Below are positions 27,431 to 35,816 of a DNA stretch of 36,745 nucleotides, one piece after another. The notes under the pieces were generated by a model, which did no database searches, was not told the DNA's origin, and saw only the letters and a program-made list of their open reading frames with translations. Position 1 is the first letter of the stretch, and each line of letters begins with the position of its first letter. This DNA comes from an uncultured Acidobacteriota bacterium. Its GTDB lineage: Bacteria; Acidobacteriota; Thermoanaerobaculia; Multivoradales; JAHEKO01. The stretch is from NCBI GenBank assembly GCA_963713825.1, contig CAVQNG010000022.1, forward strand, positions 1-36,745, written 5' to 3'. Both the position numbers and the translations under genes were made by a program.

Positions 27431-28456
27431 TCAGCGGCATCCAGTTCCCAGCAAACTGATCGCGGCGGAGACAATACGCTCGACATTTGGTAGGACGTGT
27501 CGCTCGCGTCGCTGGTCGAAGGGGATGGTGCTGTCGACACAGACTCTCGCGAAGTGCGCCTGGAGATCGGCCTCCAGTACGGTTGCTGCGAGCTCGCCCG
27601 AGAGGCCGAAGTCCCGGTAGTCCTCATCCACGACCAGAAGGCGACCTGATCTCTCGACCGCCTCGCACACCGCAGTGCGATCCAGAGGTTGGACACTTCG
27701 CAGGTCGATCACCCCGGCTTGTGTGCCGTGCTCTGTGGCCAGAAGCTCGGCAGCCTCGAGCGAGCGGTGGACGCCGACTCCGACGCTCACCATGGTCAAG
27801 TCGTCCCCCTGACGCCTGGTGACTGCACTTCCCAATGGAATCGGCTCCCAAGCGTCTGGAACCAGTCCACTCTCGCCTGCGGCGGGAACGTCGTAGCTGA
27901 CAGTCGAGCGGCCTCCAGCACCGAGGTAGTCACGCCAGTAGTCGGCCAGAAGTTTGTGCTCGAGATAGATCACCGGCCCGGTATCAGCGAGAGCCCCTAA
28001 CATCAGACCGCCGGCGTCGGCTGGGTTGGAGGGTACGACCACAGAGAGGCCGGGTATGTGCCCGAGCCACCCCCAGAGTGCCTGCTCGTGTTGGCCGCCA
28101 TCGCCATAGCCGCCCCCGCAGGCGGCCCGCACCACCATCGGTGCCCGCCATCGCCCACCGGAGAAGGTCTCGACCTTGGCCGCCTGATTCACCAACGCAT
28201 CGGCCGCCACTGGCAGAAAGTCGATAAGCATGATCTCCACTACCGGCCGAAGGCCCGCCATCGCGGCACCGACAGCCGCACCGAGGAAGGCCGACTCGCT
28301 GATCGGCGCCGGTCGCACCCGAGCCTCACCGAAGCGTGCGTAGAGGTTCATCCGAAGGCCGGCCACGTCCTCGCCGAACACCACGATTCGCTCGTCCTCG
28401 TCCATGGCCTGACAGAGAGCCTCCTCGATCGCGGCGGCGAAACCGAGCTCCCTCAT
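27431..28456 (-). CDS. 2-oxoacid/acetoin dehydrogenase E1 beta subunit (PdhB/AcoB-like)
   Basis: Motifs GEDV, PISE, GLRPVVEIM, HEQ, PGLSVVVPS, LEHK and VIDLRS. The start ATG 28456 overlaps the alpha-subunit stop (ATGA). Confidence 0.92.
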   Translation of the reverse strand: MRELGFAAAIEEALCQAMDEDERIVVFGEDVAGLRMNLYARFGEARVRPAPISESAFLGAAVGAAMAGLRPVVEIMLIDFLPVAADALVNQAAKVETFSGGRWRAPMVVRAACGGGYGDGGQHEQALWGWLGHIPGLSVVVPSNPADAGGLMLGALADTGPVIYLEHKLLADYWRDYLGAGGRSTVSYDVPAAGESGLVPDAWEPIPLGSAVTRRQGDDLTMVSVGVGVHRSLEAAELLATEHGTQAGVIDLRSVQPLDRTAVCEAVERSGRLLVVDEDYRDFGLSGELAATVLEADLQAHFARVCVDSTIPFDQRRERHVLPNVERIVSAAISLLGTGCR

Positions 28457-29508
28457 CGCCAATCCTCTTGCAGGCTGGCAACTGCGGTGTCTACGGCTGC
28501 TCGAACCTTGTCGTCGATCTCCCTCTCGAGGACTTCCAGTTCGGTACGTTCCAGTCCGAGTCGCTTTCGCAGTCGACGGACCGGGTCGTGGCCCCGCATG
28601 GTGGCGGCACTGGAGACCATCTTGGCGATCCCGCCGAGGCTCGCGGCGCGGCCGCCTAGCCCAGCACCCTGCCCACTGGTGGCAGACTTGATCAGGGGAC
28701 GGAGCTTGTCCTTGAGCTCGGCTACCGGCTGGCGAACGATTCGCAGTAGCGGATCCCCGAGCAGATGCCCCTCCGGGCGCACACACGAAGCGAGAATGAA
28801 GCCTGGACCGCCGCCTCGTCGGGCTCGCGAAACCGACTCTGCGGCAACCCGCCACACCTCTTCTACGTCCGCACCATCGACCTCGGTAGCGGGAATCCCG
28901 AATCCTCGGACGCGATCGACGAGGTTGCCCGAGGTCACCCTCTCCGACGCGGTCGTGATGGCCATCCCGTTGTCCTTGCAGATAAACAGGACCGGTAGCT
29001 TCCAGGCCCCGGCGAGATTGAAGGACTCCAAGAGCATTCCCTGATTCATGGCACCCTCGCCGAAAAAGGCGACGGCCACCCGGTCGGGGCGCAAGTGCTG
29101 ATGAGCGAGCGCGAATCCACAGGCGAGTGGGCCTGAGCTGCCGACGATGCCCGAAGCGGCGGCCAGGTGGTCCTTGGACATCAGATGCATGTGGCCGCCC
29201 TGACCACGGCCGAGGCCGGTAGTGCTTCCCAGACACTCGGCTACGATCCCAGCCAGATCGACTCCGTGCATGACCATGGGAGGGCTCGAGCGATGATCGG
29301 CGGCGATTGCGTCGCCGTCGGACAGGTGATCGACGACTCCGGCGACGATCCCCTCTTCGCCGATTCCCAGGTGCATCTCACCCGAGATGCGGCCTTCCTG
29401 CCAGAGCTTCGAGACCTCCTCCTCGAGCTTCCGACTGGTGAGCATCAACCGGTACAGACCGGTTCGATCCGGTTCCTGCCGCGCAGTCTGCAAGGTGTCT
29501 CCCTGCAC
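28453..29508 (-). CDS. 2-oxoacid/acetoin dehydrogenase E1 alpha subunit (PdhA/AcoA-like)
   Basis: Motifs HLGIGEE, HR, GQGGHMH, TPP-binding GEGAMNQG...DN, VDG and GH..GD. The start may be TTG 29493, which follows GGAG. Confidence 0.92.
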   Translation of the reverse strand: MQGDTLQTARQEPDRTGLYRLMLTSRKLEEEVSKLWQEGRISGEMHLGIGEEGIVAGVVDHLSDGDAIAADHRSSPPMVMHGVDLAGIVAECLGSTTGLGRGQGGHMHLMSKDHLAAASGIVGSSGPLACGFALAHQHLRPDRVAVAFFGEGAMNQGMLLESFNLAGAWKLPVLFICKDNGMAITTASERVTSGNLVDRVRGFGIPATEVDGADVEEVWRVAAESVSRARRGGGPGFILASCVRPEGHLLGDPLLRIVRQPVAELKDKLRPLIKSATSGQGAGLGGRAASLGGIAKMVSSAATMRGHDPVRRLRKRLGLERTELEVLEREIDDKVRAAVDTAVASLQEDWR

Positions 29509-29676
29509 TCCAGGCTATCGCAGTGCGAAAGGGGAGTCGACAGCGATGGCATCTTTTCGGTCCAAATACGTATTGATCAGGTAAGTCCGAAGTGATTTTC
29601 AAAGAAGTCGATGAGCGGGAGCCGATGAGTCCGGCGGATGGGCTTCGGTATCTGAAACTGCAGAGGGAGCAACGGG

Positions 29677-31044
29677 ATGAATCGAACGAAATTGGGCTTC
29701 ACAGTGTTGATGACGGCTTGCATGCTGCTGCCGACTTCTCTGGTTGCGGCATCGGGGCAGGAGTCCCTGGCGGAAGACGAGCTCGGGCCGGAGATCTGGG
29801 TCGACGGTCCGGAGACTGTTCTTGATGGAAGTGGCTCCAACCATCCGCACGTCGCTGTCGACGAGTTTGGAAACCGGGTCTATGTGTGGGAGGCAGGTTT
29901 AACAACGGGTGGCGCTCGAGATGACGTCTTCGTGCGCCGCTTCGATGCGGCTGGTAGCTCCCTGGGAGATCCAGTCAGGGTCAATACCTTGATCGACGAG
30001 GCGCAGGAGAACGCCCGGGTGGCGACTTCGTCGGACGGCTCGTTCCTGGTGGTCTGGGAGAGTGCAGAGCCGAGTGTGGTAACGCCCACGGTCGATCGGG
30101 ACCGGGTTCGTAGCCAGGCCTTCGATGGTGATGGTAACAAGGTTGGAACGGAACAACTGCTGAGCACCGTGTCGCCTGAGAGCCTACAGCCCCTCCATCT
30201 GGATGTGGCTGCGCTGCGAGTTGCCGATGGCAGTCCAGGGGGCTATGTCGTGGTCTGGAGTAGCTGGACTCAAAACGGTACAGATACGGGGAAGAACATC
30301 CAGGCACGTCTGATCTCACCGAACGGGTCGCCATTCGGCGGACAGTTCCAGGTCAATGGCACCATTTCTGGAGATCAGACTGAACCGGCGGTGGCCGAGC
30401 TCCCCGACGGTGGTTTTCTGGTGGTCTTCGTCTCACCGAACAATAAGCTCTTGGGGCAGCGTTTCGATGCTGCCGGGCAGCCGGTGGGTAGCGACTTCCA
30501 GATCAACACGACTTTCGACAATGGTGTATCAGCACCGGACGTCGAGCTCGGTTGGGATGGTGTCGTCGGCGTGATCTGGGAGGATGATGAGGATGGGCTG
30601 GAATTCGAAGAGATCAGGGCGCGGCTCTTCGACTCCGACTTGACTCCACTGGGCCCCGACTTTCGAGTCAACAACCTGCTTACGGATGATCAGAAGAATC
30701 CAGCGCTTGGCAACTACGGTCCGGAAGGGTTCCTGGCGATCTGGGGAAGTGACGAGGGCTCTACAGCAGGGGACGACAACAGCAAGCTCAGTGTGCAGGC
30801 TAGACTCATCACGGGTCAGAACACCTTCGATGGGCTCCAGTTCCAGCTCAACGACTGGATCGAAGGGCGCCAGCATGTCCCTGCTGTTTCGGGCTGGTAC
30901 GGACGGCTGGGCACCGCCTTTCGAAGTGATTCGAACGTCGATGAGAACTCCGACGTCATCACCGGACGTCAGGTCGAGCACTGCATCTTCTGTGACGACT
31001 TCGAATGGGGCAGCGAATGGCGCTGGTCGACAGTGGTCGAGTGA
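29677..31044 (+). CDS. Secreted repeat protein (six RxFD..G...F.VN-like repeats, probable propeller) with IFxDxFE-type C-terminal motif
   Basis: Signal peptide and six repeats such as RRFDAAGSSLGDPVRVNT and QRFDAAGQPVGSDFQINT. Ends in IFCDDFEWGSEWRWSTVVE. Confidence 0.85.
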   Translation: MNRTKLGFTVLMTACMLLPTSLVAASGQESLAEDELGPEIWVDGPETVLDGSGSNHPHVAVDEFGNRVYVWEAGLTTGGARDDVFVRRFDAAGSSLGDPVRVNTLIDEAQENARVATSSDGSFLVVWESAEPSVVTPTVDRDRVRSQAFDGDGNKVGTEQLLSTVSPESLQPLHLDVAALRVADGSPGGYVVVWSSWTQNGTDTGKNIQARLISPNGSPFGGQFQVNGTISGDQTEPAVAELPDGGFLVVFVSPNNKLLGQRFDAAGQPVGSDFQINTTFDNGVSAPDVELGWDGVVGVIWEDDEDGLEFEEIRARLFDSDLTPLGPDFRVNNLLTDDQKNPALGNYGPEGFLAIWGSDEGSTAGDDNSKLSVQARLITGQNTFDGLQFQLNDWIEGRQHVPAVSGWYGRLGTAFRSDSNVDENSDVITGRQVEHCIFCDDFEWGSEWRWSTVVE

Positions 31045-31055
31045 GTTGGGTAAGG

Positions 31056-31628
31056 CTAGCTCGCGAGCGATTCGGTAGACAGCTCGCGCCGTAGCCAGGC
31101 CTTGCTCTTGGACCAGTCGCGCTGCGCGGTGCGCAGGGAGATGTCGAGAGCGTCGGCGGTCTCCTGCGGCGTGAGTCCGGCGAAGTAGCGACAGTCGAAG
31201 ACCCGCGCCAGGCGGTCGTCGAGCTCCCCGAGCCTCTCGAGGGCCTGGTCCAGAGCCAGGATGAGGTCGGCCTGGCCTGCTTCGCCGATCTGGACTTTGT
31301 CGAGTGGGATCGGCGTAATGCCCGAGCCCCGTTTGATGGCCGACTTGCGGCGGGCGTAGTCGACCAGAATCTGACGCATTGCCCGCGCCGAGATCGCATA
31401 GAAGTGATTTCGATCGCTGACCTGGACACGGGTCTGGTCCACCATGTTGAGGTAGGCCTCGTGCACCAGGGCAGTCGTGTCGATCGTCTGGCCGGGCCGG
31501 AGGCGGTTCAGCTGCTGGTGGGCGATTCGCTTCAAATCCTCATACACCAGGGGCACGAGGCTCTTGAATGCTCCCGGATTTCCCTCGCGATAGGCGATGA
31601 GGAGCTGTGTGATGTCGCCCTGTTTCAA
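31056..31628 (-). CDS. ECF sigma factor, kinase-associated type (TIGR02999-like)
   Basis: Motifs ITQLL, LVPLVYEDL, TTALVHEAYL, AMRQILVDYAR, RYFAGL and RDW. The TTG start overlaps the kinase TGA and has a GGAGG SD. Confidence 0.93.
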   Translation of the reverse strand: MKQGDITQLLIAYREGNPGAFKSLVPLVYEDLKRIAHQQLNRLRPGQTIDTTALVHEAYLNMVDQTRVQVSDRNHFYAISARAMRQILVDYARRKSAIKRGSGITPIPLDKVQIGEAGQADLILALDQALERLGELDDRLARVFDCRYFAGLTPQETADALDISLRTAQRDWSKSKAWLRRELSTESLAS

Positions 31629-34417
31629 CCTTGCCTCCCGTGGCTAGCGAGCTTCTCGTCGAGTCCGGCAATCCGATTATGAAGCCAGACGTCGTCGGGA
31701 GGAAGCCCCTCCAGGAGCTCCTTGGCTACAGAGTATTGTTCGCTGCCTTCGTCGTCGCGACCCAATTGATGGAGGGCTGCAGCGAGCTCCAGTCGGGCCT
31801 CACCGATCAACCAGTGGTCCGTAGCCAGCTCGGCCTGCCGCAACTCCAAGCCTTCGCGCAAGCTCGGCTCGGCCTGAGTCGGCTGGTCCAGATCGCACCA
31901 GATACTTCCGAGGCCGATCAGAGAATCGGCCAAGTTGAGCTTCGATCCGCCCTCACGCTGCACGGTGAGAGCGTCGAGGAGCAGCTGCTCGGCTTCCTCT
32001 AGATCGCCCTGACGCTGAAGGGCTTGCGCGAGGAGACTCTTGACCCGGGCAGTCGCCTGGTGCTCCTCGCCCAGGAGGCGTTCGAACCGCTCGAGAGTCG
32101 AACGATATGCGGCAACGGCAGAGTCGTGTTGCCCCAGAGCAGACTGACAGCTGGCGTGATTGATCTCGCAGGCGATGCGCTGGAAGTGGTCTTCGGAGAC
32201 CGAGCCATACATGATCTCGACCGACCTTCGGGTGAGCGGTTCGGCTTCCTGATAGCGCCCCTGATCCATCATCAGCCGCCCGATGTTACTCAGCACCTCC
32301 GCGACCTCGACATGGTCCGGGCCGAGGCGACGCTCGCTCACCGCGAGTGCCTGGCGGTAGAGCTGCTCTGCCTCTTCGAACCTGCCGGAATTGTGAAGGT
32401 TGAAGGCGACGTTGTTCGTGAGCTGGGCGACGACCGGATTCTCCTCACCGTACAGTCTCCGCAGTACCTCGAGGGACTCCTGCTTGAGCTCCAAGGCGAC
32501 TTCGACGTCTCCGAGGTTTTCCAGTGTCGTGGCGAGAATATGGTTCGTCAGTGCGGCCTGCTCTTCGTTGCCGCTTTCTTGCCAGATGGCCAGGGTGCGA
32601 CGAAGGATGGCTTCCGCCTCGGTGGCTTTCCCCACCGTGTTTCTGAGTTGAGCGAGATGGCCCAGGGTCACGGCCAGGTCTTCCGCCGAGACCGGATCTT
32701 CAGCCTCGTGCAGGTGAACGGCCTCGACCAGGAATGCGTCGCATTCGTCGTACTCACCTCGCGCAAAATGGATGGCACCGAGTGTGGTCAGGCTCTTGGC
32801 GAGCTCCATGTTGGCCTCGGGGCCCTCGGCTCGCAGGGAGGAGACCGAATCGCTGGCGAGGTCTGCGGCCTTGTCGAAGTCACCGATGCCCGTGTAGGCG
32901 CGGCTCATGACCTCGAGGAGTTGAGCGCGCAGGAAGGGTTCATCGGTGAGCTCGGTGCGAATGCGAGCTTCACCCTGGTCGAGCAGATCCCGAGCGGTAA
33001 CCTGCTCTCCCGCCTCTTGGCGAGGGTTGGCTGCTTCGAACAGGCTGCTCAGGAGATCGGCGACGCGTTCGGCTCGCTGTGCCTGGAGCTGAGCCCGGTC
33101 TCGCTCGCTAGCAGCCACACGACCCTGCCAGGCAATGGTCACGACTCCAGCCCCGAGGAGAAGGGAGATCAAAGCCGCTGCCGCAACGCTGAGCCGGTGC
33201 CGGACGACGAACTTCCCGGCCCGATATCTCCACGTGCTGCGCCGGGCATGGATCGGACGCCCTTCGAGATGTCGTTCGATGTCGTCTGACATCTCGATGA
33301 CCGATGCGTAGCGTCTCTCGGGCTCCTTGCGAAGTGCCTTGAGAGCGATCGTGTCGAGGTCGCCTTCGAGACGCTTCTGTAACTTCTGGGGAGACAGGGG
33401 GGGAGCCTCGAGATTCTCTCCGCCCGCGCCTGCCTCGATGACCCGGCTTGGTGGTTTGGTGAGCGTTTGGGCTCGATCCTCCATGGGTCCACTGGAGTCA
33501 GAGCCGGAGCCGCGCAGGCGGTGGGGTGTCGTCCCGGTCAAGAGCCGGTACAACAAGACTCCCAGAGAGTAGACGTCAGTGGCGGTGGAGACAGCACGAT
33601 TCTGGATCTGCTCTGGGGAGGCGTACTCGGGCGTCAACGGCTGGAAGGCGGTTGCCGGATCGCCCTCGGCTTCTTCGAGGATCTTGCCGACGCCGAAATC
33701 GAGCAGCTTCGCCTGTCGCTCGGCAGTTACCAGAATATTGCTGGGCTTGAGGTCGCGGTGCACGACGAGGTTCTGATGGGCGTACTGCGCAGCAGTACAA
33801 ACCTGCCGCATCAGCTCGAGCCGATCTCGCACCGATAGGCCACGGTTGCGGCAATACTCGTCGATGGGTTCGCCGTCGACATACTCCATGACGAGATACG
33901 GGAAGCCCTCGTCAGTGACCCCGCCATCGAGAAGTCGGGCGATGCCTGGATGCTCCAGGCGGGCCAGAATCTGCCGTTCGATGAGGAATCGCCGCTCCTT
34001 TTCAGGCGTTTCCAGGCCCCGGGGTATCAGCTTGAGGGCGACGCTCTTCTCGAAGTGCTCGTCGGCGCGCTCGGCGAGATAGACGACACCCATGCCGCCG
34101 CGGCCAAGGACCTCGACGAGGCGGTAGCGGTCGATCGTCCGACCTGCCTGGTCGGTGTCGAGGGTCTCTCCGAGGTCGCTCGCCAGCCCTGCGAGCAGAT
34201 CGGGAGTCCCCTCGCCGAGAGGCTGGTCCAGAATGTCTTCCTGATCCTGCGCTGCTGCGAAGAGCGCCTCGACTTCCTGACGGAGCTTCGAGTCGTCGCC
34301 GCACTGCTCCTGCAGGATCGACTCGCGATCCGATGCGTCAGCAGCGTCGAGAATCTGATCGAGGATTCTCGCGACCCGCGCCCAGTTGTCCCGATCGGTA
34401 TGAGCTAGTTCCGTCAT
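31625..34417 (-). CDS. Ser/Thr kinase with TM helix and TPR repeats, ECF-partner type
   Basis: N-terminal W..V..I/LRQEVEAL extension; motifs GRGGMG, ERQILARLEHPGIARLLDGG, HRDLKPSN, LTPEYASPEQ and GDLDTI; TM helix; kinesin-light-chain-like TPRs. Confidence 0.95.
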   Translation of the reverse strand: MTELAHTDRDNWARVARILDQILDAADASDRESILQEQCGDDSKLRQEVEALFAAAQDQEDILDQPLGEGTPDLLAGLASDLGETLDTDQAGRTIDRYRLVEVLGRGGMGVVYLAERADEHFEKSVALKLIPRGLETPEKERRFLIERQILARLEHPGIARLLDGGVTDEGFPYLVMEYVDGEPIDEYCRNRGLSVRDRLELMRQVCTAAQYAHQNLVVHRDLKPSNILVTAERQAKLLDFGVGKILEEAEGDPATAFQPLTPEYASPEQIQNRAVSTATDVYSLGVLLYRLLTGTTPHRLRGSGSDSSGPMEDRAQTLTKPPSRVIEAGAGGENLEAPPLSPQKLQKRLEGDLDTIALKALRKEPERRYASVIEMSDDIERHLEGRPIHARRSTWRYRAGKFVVRHRLSVAAAALISLLLGAGVVTIAWQGRVAASERDRAQLQAQRAERVADLLSSLFEAANPRQEAGEQVTARDLLDQGEARIRTELTDEPFLRAQLLEVMSRAYTGIGDFDKAADLASDSVSSLRAEGPEANMELAKSLTTLGAIHFARGEYDECDAFLVEAVHLHEAEDPVSAEDLAVTLGHLAQLRNTVGKATEAEAILRRTLAIWQESGNEEQAALTNHILATTLENLGDVEVALELKQESLEVLRRLYGEENPVVAQLTNNVAFNLHNSGRFEEAEQLYRQALAVSERRLGPDHVEVAEVLSNIGRLMMDQGRYQEAEPLTRRSVEIMYGSVSEDHFQRIACEINHASCQSALGQHDSAVAAYRSTLERFERLLGEEHQATARVKSLLAQALQRQGDLEEAEQLLLDALTVQREGGSKLNLADSLIGLGSIWCDLDQPTQAEPSLREGLELRQAELATDHWLIGEARLELAAALHQLGRDDEGSEQYSVAKELLEGLPPDDVWLHNRIAGLDEKLASHGRQG

Positions 34418-34495
34418 TGCAGGGGCGCAAAGATAGCAGACTGCCTGTGGCCCCTACTCGATCGGCCCGTGCCATGGTCTCTTGCTCAGCTCTTC

Positions 34496-34687
34496 CTAGC
34501 CGACTCTGCTGGCACCGCTGCTGGCTTCTGCTGATCGACCGAAGGCCGCCAGTCCAGCCAGTGAGCCGGCCAGAGCCGCCGTCCAGACCAGGTCGATGGG
34601 GCTCGCCATGCCCCGCAGGGCCGTGAGGCCCCAAGAGGGCAGGAAGAGGAGGAAGGTCAGGGTCCAGTAGGTCAGGAATCGTTGCAT
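34496..34687 (-). CDS. Small hypothetical membrane protein (63 aa, two hydrophobic segments)
   Basis: AAGGAGG SD 8 nt before the ATG. It fills the gap between co-oriented genes and is hydrophobic. Confidence 0.6.
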   Translation of the reverse strand: MQRFLTYWTLTFLLFLPSWGLTALRGMASPIDLVWTAALAGSLAGLAAFGRSAEASSGASRVG

Positions 34688-34724
34688 GGGTCTAGCCTCC
34701 TTGTAGTTCCGGAGGCTAGATCCC
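34688..34724 (-). promoter_or_regulatory. Hairpin that sequesters the SD of the 63-aa ORF
   Basis: The minus strand reads ggga-tctagcctcc-ggaactacaa-ggaggctaga-ccc-ATG, a perfect 10-bp stem containing GGAGG. Confidence 0.55.
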
Positions 34725-34731
34725 GTGACTG

Positions 34732-35679
34732 TCAGATTCTGTCAGTCGTGTCGTCGGGAACGCGAGCCAGGTCCACTGGCTTGGAGGCTCGAACCATGGC
34801 CACGGCGGCGAAGATCACGCCTGTGGCCATCAACATTCGCACGGTGACTGTCTCGTCCAGGATCAGCCAGCCCAGAAACACGGCCACCACCACATTCAAG
34901 TAGGTGCTGCTGCTGACAATCGGTGCTGGCCAGTGGTCGAGGAGATACACATAGGCGGTGAACGAGACGATCGAGCCGAAGATGGCGAGATAGAGGACGG
35001 CCGCCACTCCCTCCCAGCTCCATTCGAGCCTCTGCCATTCGCCGCGGACCAAACCGGCCACCGCCAGCGCGATGCCTCCGGCCAACATCTGTAGTGCGGC
35101 ATTGACCACCGCACCGCTGGAGATCGGATTGCGTTGGGAATAGACCGAGCCCAGGGACCAGGAGGCGGCAGCTCCCAGAATCGCCAGAGGTCCCCGCCAG
35201 TCCGCGTTGCGGAGCTCTTCGAGGTCGATCCCAATCAGGCTGACTGCAGCGACGAAACCCACCAGGAGCCCGACGAGTTGTGTCGCTGACGGTCGATAGC
35301 GTAGGCCAGGCAGGGTGGCGGCGAAGAGCACCATCCACAGAGGCGATGTGACGATGAAGATCGAAGCGAGGCCCGATTCGACGTACTGCTCGCCCCAGAC
35401 CACCAGGCCGTTGCCGACCGCCAGTAGAAGGAGGCCGACGATGATGTTCGTGCGCCAATCGACTGCGCGGGTCGGCAGGGGTTGGCTGGTCAGCCGCGCC
35501 CAGGCAAAAAGGACCAGCCCGGCCAGCAGAAATCGGCTCGCGGCGAAAGTCGCCGGCGGCAAGTACCGCACACCGATGCGAATGGCCAGGTAGGTCGAGC
35601 CCCAGAAGAGACTGACCGTAGCGTAGGCGAGCAGGGTCGAGGCTTCGAGACTGAGGCGGGGTTGGTGGTTTGCGGACAT
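34732..35679 (-). CDS. EamA / DMT-family transporter (YedA-like)
   Basis: Motifs WGSTYLAIRIG, RFLLAG, YLAIFGS and YLNVVVAVFLGWLILDE; about 10 TM helices. Start placed at ATG 35679. Confidence 0.92.
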   Translation of the reverse strand: MSANHQPRLSLEASTLLAYATVSLFWGSTYLAIRIGVRYLPPATFAASRFLLAGLVLFAWARLTSQPLPTRAVDWRTNIIVGLLLLAVGNGLVVWGEQYVESGLASIFIVTSPLWMVLFAATLPGLRYRPSATQLVGLLVGFVAAVSLIGIDLEELRNADWRGPLAILGAAASWSLGSVYSQRNPISSGAVVNAALQMLAGGIALAVAGLVRGEWQRLEWSWEGVAAVLYLAIFGSIVSFTAYVYLLDHWPAPIVSSSTYLNVVVAVFLGWLILDETVTVRMLMATGVIFAAVAMVRASKPVDLARVPDDTTDRI

Positions 35680-35816
35680 GGAGGGGAACTCTCTCGACTC
35701 GAGCCATTGTGATCGATCGCGAGGTCCAGAGTCGAGCCGACCCACTGCGGAAGACAGCTATAATCTGGCAACCATCCGAGAAGCACGTCCGGTTGGACCT
35801 AGAAAGGCGGAGACCC

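Noticed and set aside
28457-29236. N-terminal extension of the 601-aa ORF suggesting a larger fusion protein
   Set aside because: It overlaps E1 alpha in another frame and is Arg/Gly-rich noise. The real beta start is ATG 28456.
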